Shown here piece by piece: positions 60,108 to 64,000 of a stretch of 64,000 nucleotides of DNA (position 1 is the first letter of the stretch; the number at the start of each line of letters is the position of its first letter). The position numbers and the translations under genes are program-made. The DNA is from Nitrospinales bacterium (lineage in GTDB: Bacteria; Nitrospinota; Nitrospinia; Nitrospinales; VA-1): the NCBI GenBank assembly GCA_965262115.1, contig OZ253496.1, positions 2,592,001-2,656,000 of the forward strand. The letters are read 5' to 3'. The notes below the pieces were generated by a model, which saw nothing but the letters and a program-made list of their open reading frames with translations, was not told the DNA's origin and did not search any database.

Positions 60108-61847
60108 ATGATCAATTTGGAGCCTTTAAAGCCAATGAGAAAATGGGTGACGGGCGGAGAGCCTTCACTGGCGTGGTGTTCTTCCCTAACTTTCATGCCC
60201 CGAAGGGATACAAATTGTAATAGCTTTTTACTGCTGTCAACCATGCTCTCGGTTCTACGATCTCTTGCCCAGTTGTCCCCACGGCTAGTGGTAGGCTGGG
60301 TTTTGATTCTTAATCTTCTAGCCGCTGATACCTCGTGGGCGCAAGAGCCCAAACGACCTTTCTACGAAGACCCCGGCGATTACCGGCAACAGATTAACCA
60401 ACTCAAAGATAGTTTTAAAGCCCAATTTGGTTACGAACTGCTGGATTTAGAATTGGGCTGGAAACCCGATGAAATCAAAGAGCTCACTTTGGCGTTTTCC
60501 AAGCTGCCGGAAACATTTTTGCATATACCGGGGGTAAAGGGTTTTTATCATTTGAGTAAGCTTCGGGCGGCTCCGGAAGGGATGCCGGTGGATGATGTGC
60601 CCGCCGCCACTTTTCCCGGTTTCCGAACAGTCTATCGGAGTTCTAATCTGTCTTACCATGTCGAGGTAGATGATCAGGAGCCTCGCGTCGAGTTTTTCAA
60701 TACCTTATTTTATGAGGACAGGGACAAGTTCCAGAATATTGTCCAGCATGAGATGGCACATGTTTATGATATATTTCAACGTTACCTTTCTTTTTCTGCA
60801 GAGTGGCTGAAAATCTCTAAATTCAGTTTGATTCATCTTCCCGCTCTCGATGGTCGGCCGGGAGATGATTATTTATTCGCGGCTCTCAGTGACCCGGATG
60901 CAGGCCACTACGCTCCGGTCTCTACACGCCAGCTTTTTACGTATTCCAGGCAAAGCCCCCAGGAAGATTTTGCCAATTCGGCTTCTGCCTATATAAACTA
61001 TCCGTACTTTCGCTATAGTCATCCTAAGCGTTATCAATTTTTGAAAACCAAGGTGTTTGGAGGGAAGGAATATTTCCCTGAAACCAGAATGAATTATCAG
61101 GATAAAGTGGTTTCCGACTTTGAAACAGCGATGACTGGCAGGGATTGGGATGGCGTGATAAGTATTTCCAGAGAAGTGGGCCGGGATTATGCCCCCGAAA
61201 TTGAATCTGAATTGATCGAAAGATTGAAAAAAAATCTAGCGGATTCTCCCGACTCAGTGCGGGATGCCAAATTGGGTGTGGCGACTTGTTATTTATACAG
61301 CCCCCAAGCCTTGGAAATCCGTAGGAATTTGATCCGAAAAAAAAGGGTGCCGTTACAAACGCTTCTGGAAGTTCGACGTTGCGGTCTCATGTCACGACGT
61401 TCTTTTGAGGGAGACTTCGCGCTCTGGTCCATGCGGAGTATCCATTTTTTCAAGAACAAAGGTCGAGCGCAAATCCAGTTTCTCGATCCGGCTTTGCCTC
61501 TGGCCGGGGCGCGGGGTTTTGAAACCCGTTATTTATGGAGGATTTTTTATGAAGGAAGCAACGTACATATGGCGGAAGGTGCTTACCGGGTGGAAGGGGT
61601 GAGACCCGGAGCAATAAAAATCGATCTCGAAAAAAGTGTTGTGGGAACCCTGAACCTGCCAACTGGGAAACCTCTTGTTTTGGAGTTGGGAGCCCAGCGG
61701 GTGCACCCCCGAGAATTTAAAAGGTTTAACAGCAACCCGGCAAAAATCCGGTTTGTTATCCAACCGGGCTTTAATTATGAAGCTCACCGCAAACTGGTAA
61801 TCAAGATTATTTATCCCGATCGGCCTGAATTTGAAAAGTTAAACTGA
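60108..61847 (+). CDS. Hypothetical secreted protein with a zincin-like HExxH motif
   Basis: QHEMAHVYD and downstream YSRQSPQEDFAN; hydrophobic signal-like segment; start may be ~60243. Confidence 0.65.
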   Translation: MINLEPLKPMRKWVTGGEPSLAWCSSLTFMPRRDTNCNSFLLLSTMLSVLRSLAQLSPRLVVGWVLILNLLAADTSWAQEPKRPFYEDPGDYRQQINQLKDSFKAQFGYELLDLELGWKPDEIKELTLAFSKLPETFLHIPGVKGFYHLSKLRAAPEGMPVDDVPAATFPGFRTVYRSSNLSYHVEVDDQEPRVEFFNTLFYEDRDKFQNIVQHEMAHVYDIFQRYLSFSAEWLKISKFSLIHLPALDGRPGDDYLFAALSDPDAGHYAPVSTRQLFTYSRQSPQEDFANSASAYINYPYFRYSHPKRYQFLKTKVFGGKEYFPETRMNYQDKVVSDFETAMTGRDWDGVISISREVGRDYAPEIESELIERLKKNLADSPDSVRDAKLGVATCYLYSPQALEIRRNLIRKKRVPLQTLLEVRRCGLMSRRSFEGDFALWSMRSIHFFKNKGRAQIQFLDPALPLAGARGFETRYLWRIFYEGSNVHMAEGAYRVEGVRPGAIKIDLEKSVVGTLNLPTGKPLVLELGAQRVHPREFKRFNSNPAKIRFVIQPGFNYEAHRKLVIKIIYPDRPEFEKLN

Positions 61848-61849
61848 AG

Positions 61850-62269
61850 CTACTTGATGGGTCGGACCATACGGTAGGCCATATTGAGATGAGCGTATTT
61901 TGAGGGCCATACTTTCATTCCATCCTCATACTGAACAACCAGAGCTGAGGAGTCCCGTTCCTCCAGAGTCCAGGTGGTTCCAGCGCTACCGGATTCAAAG
62001 ACGGAAGGAAGATAGATTTCATCCCCATACTTGTCGGTATTCTTGTAGCTCAGGTCAAACAGCGACCAGGCTTCCTCCTCGGTCGGGAAACGCCAGTCTT
62101 CGCACCCGGCGAACCTTTCCATATTAGTGATTTCTACATAATCCTGGCCTTTAAACCAGTTGAGCCATTTTTTAGTGTCCTGAAAGGAGTCGACCTTTTT
62201 CCACATTACTTTCATTTGGTTATCGGTAATGGTGCCATTCCCATTATCCACAAATCGATCATTTTCCAT
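61850..62269 (-). CDS. DUF1566 (Lcl C-terminal) domain protein
   Basis: RFVDNGNGTITD..MW, FAGCEDWRFPT..E, terminal RMVR. Confidence 0.85.
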   Translation of the reverse strand: MENDRFVDNGNGTITDNQMKVMWKKVDSFQDTKKWLNWFKGQDYVEITNMERFAGCEDWRFPTEEEAWSLFDLSYKNTDKYGDEIYLPSVFESGSAGTTWTLEERDSSALVVQYEDGMKVWPSKYAHLNMAYRMVRPIK

Positions 62270-62393
62270 AAGTTTTGTTCTCTAAAATTCGGTCCCGTTT
62301 CGGGTCGATTTTCCAGTTAGAAAAAATAAATATAATAAGACCCAAGGTTTTCAGGGCTTCAAATCAGAAATTCTCCTGCATATTGCCACCTGG

Positions 62394-62618
62394 TCACCAA
62401 CCCTGTCCTTTTACCCCATAGGTTCGACTTCCTGAAGAACCCTTTTTCAAATAGCTTTCCAAGTCGTCTTTCTTTTCCGGCAGCGAGGGTGGACCTGTCA
62501 ATTGCTTCTTGATAGCTTCAATAATAAACTGTTGCAACCCTTGTTCATCACCCTTGAATCGTTGTTCAAGATGCTGATAAAGGTCCGGGTCAACATTCAG
62601 GGTCACTCTTTTTGACAT
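62394..62618 (-). CDS. Small hypothetical protein (RHH-like N-terminus)
   Basis: MSKRVTLNVDPDLY..FIIEAIKKQL; 74 aa. Confidence 0.55.
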   Translation of the reverse strand: MSKRVTLNVDPDLYQHLEQRFKGDEQGLQQFIIEAIKKQLTGPPSLPEKKDDLESYLKKGSSGSRTYGVKGQGW

Positions 62619-62687
62619 GAAAAATTCCAAAAATGTTTCAGAGTAAGAACATTTTAGAACAAAAGTTCATGGAATGAAAGTAGGGGT

Positions 62688-64000
62688 TTAAGATTGGGCG
62701 GAAGTAATTTTATGCGAATTTCGAGAGGAAGAACTTTCCGTCTTAAGGACAAGGGGAGAATAAGGAAGATCTATGACAAAAACTGTTCCATTGGGAGGGT
62801 TATCCTTGGCTTGAATGGAACCGTTGTGGTCAATGATGATCCGGTTGACAATGGCCAACCCCAGACCCGTGCCGCGTTTTTTGGTAGTGAAATGGGGAAG
62901 AAATAGTTTTTCCCTGTCAGCAGGACTGATCCCTGACCCATCATCTGAAAACTCAATGCGGACGAGTTTTTCCTTTTGCAGGACCAGTGTGCTGATTTGT
63001 ATGGCTCCTCCATCATCAATGGCATCTGTGGCGTTTTCAAAAAGGTTGATGAAAACGCGGCGAATCTGTTCCGGGTCAATATGGACAGCCCCTAGATTAG
63101 GATCAAAACTCTTTTTGATCTTTAAATGCTTATCGTGTTCTGAATAGGATATCAGGATATCATCAATGATTTTGTGCAGAGAGGTTGGTCTTGGATTGGG
63201 AGTAGGCATTCTTGAAAACCGCAGAAACTCATTGAGCAGTTCCTTCATTCCCTCGACTTCCTGAGTGATGATATTGATGCTCTCATCAAAAACCCGGCCA
63301 AAGTCTTCCCGGTTTTCATAGTATTTTTTCTTTAATCTTTGGGTGTTGAGCTGGATTGGAGTAAGAGGATTCTTGATTTCATGGGCAATTCCTTGGGCAA
63401 CTTCTTTCCATGCGGCAATTTTCTGAGTTTTTATCAAATGGGTTAGATCTTCAAAGACGATAACCATTCCTCGGTATTTTCCGGTGGCTCCTCGAAGAAT
63501 CTGAATATTGGCTAGAAGGGTGAGGTTGTTCTCTCCTATGCGCAGATCAATTTGTTCCTCCATGGACTCCCTGTTCTGGCTGAACATACGTAGAATGAGT
63601 TTTCTTATTGTCTGATGACAGGAAAATTCTAAAGCATCACGGTAAGAGGAGCCGAAAACACTTTCACTTTTAAGATCGAGGATTTTTTCGGCCGCTTTAT
63701 TAAAGGTAGTGATATAGCCCATTTTATCGATCGAAACCACACCCGCCCCGATGTTGTCCAGAATAGTTTCTATATAGTTTCTTCTTCGATCCAGTTCGAT
63801 ATTTGTTCTTTTAAGATCTTCATGGGCGTGCTGAATTTTGAGCTGGCTTTCGTTTAGTTGCCGGGTCATGGTGTTGAAGGAGTCCACAAGAATTGCTATT
63901 TCATCGGTTGCCCGGACTCCAATCTTGAAGTTGAGATCTCCTTCTGTGATACGTCGTGTGCCTTCTGCCAATTGCTGAATGGGTACAGTGATGCCTCGTG
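62688..64000 (-). CDS. NtrY-like HAMP/PAS sensor histidine kinase (5' end outside the window)
   Basis: HAMP DEIAIL..SFN.M, PAS, H-box AHEIKNPLTP, DDGSGI, FTTK..GTGLGL. Confidence 0.9.
   Translation of the reverse strand, partial: RGITVPIQQLAEGTRRITEGDLNFKIGVRATDEIAILVDSFNTMTRQLNESQLKIQHAHEDLKRTNIELDRRRNYIETILDNIGAGVVSIDKMGYITTFNKAAEKILDLKSESVFGSSYRDALEFSCHQTIRKLILRMFSQNRESMEEQIDLRIGENNLTLLANIQILRGATGKYRGMVIVFEDLTHLIKTQKIAAWKEVAQGIAHEIKNPLTPIQLNTQRLKKKYYENREDFGRVFDESINIITQEVEGMKELLNEFLRFSRMPTPNPRPTSLHKIIDDILISYSEHDKHLKIKKSFDPNLGAVHIDPEQIRRVFINLFENATDAIDDGGAIQISTLVLQKEKLVRIEFSDDGSGISPADREKLFLPHFTTKKRGTGLGLAIVNRIIIDHNGSIQAKDNPPNGTVFVIDLPYSPLVLKTESSSSRNSHKITSAQS

Noticed and set aside
40431..62269. 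Diversity-generating retroelement, since FGE-sulfatase and DUF1566 are typical DGR target folds
   Set aside because: I found no reverse transcriptase and no adenine-variant template repeat of either 3' end in the window.

Overview
This looks like chromosomal sequence from a chemolithoautotrophic nitrite oxidiser, most likely Nitrospinota. That is an inference from the ATP citrate lyase pair (aclBA, long-form AclA) and a four-gene cytochrome bd-like / cytochrome c / EBDH-gamma-like cluster. Most of the window is housekeeping: comM, gcvPB, LPS heptosyltransferases, hisD, rpoZ, ltaE, amtB with a TorF-type porin, lpxL, acpS, tsaC, purE, cinA, ribD-ribE-ribBA-ribH-nusB, an amidase, der, an EF-G paralogue, ihfA and an NtrY-like kinase. 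Gene decay is widespread. It affects flagellar genes (flhF, fliA, motB), an HsdR_N-like nuclease, a cNMP-binding protein, an MFS transporter, a metallophosphoesterase and a Cyc2-like cytochrome-porin cut by an IS3-type MITE. A type II-C CRISPR-Cas locus has a fragmented cas9, intact cas1, frameshifted cas2 and a 3-repeat array next to higBA. The most unusual direct observations are (i) a MITE family with GAGACCTTTGCATAA-type ends and 9-bp target duplications that sits in hairpin loops and carries different REP-like cargo in different copies, and (ii) an intact DyP-like protein lacking the catalytic motifs but ending in an encapsulin-targeting-like peptide. All calls come from reading motifs by eye; no searches were run, and some lesions may be sequencing or assembly errors.
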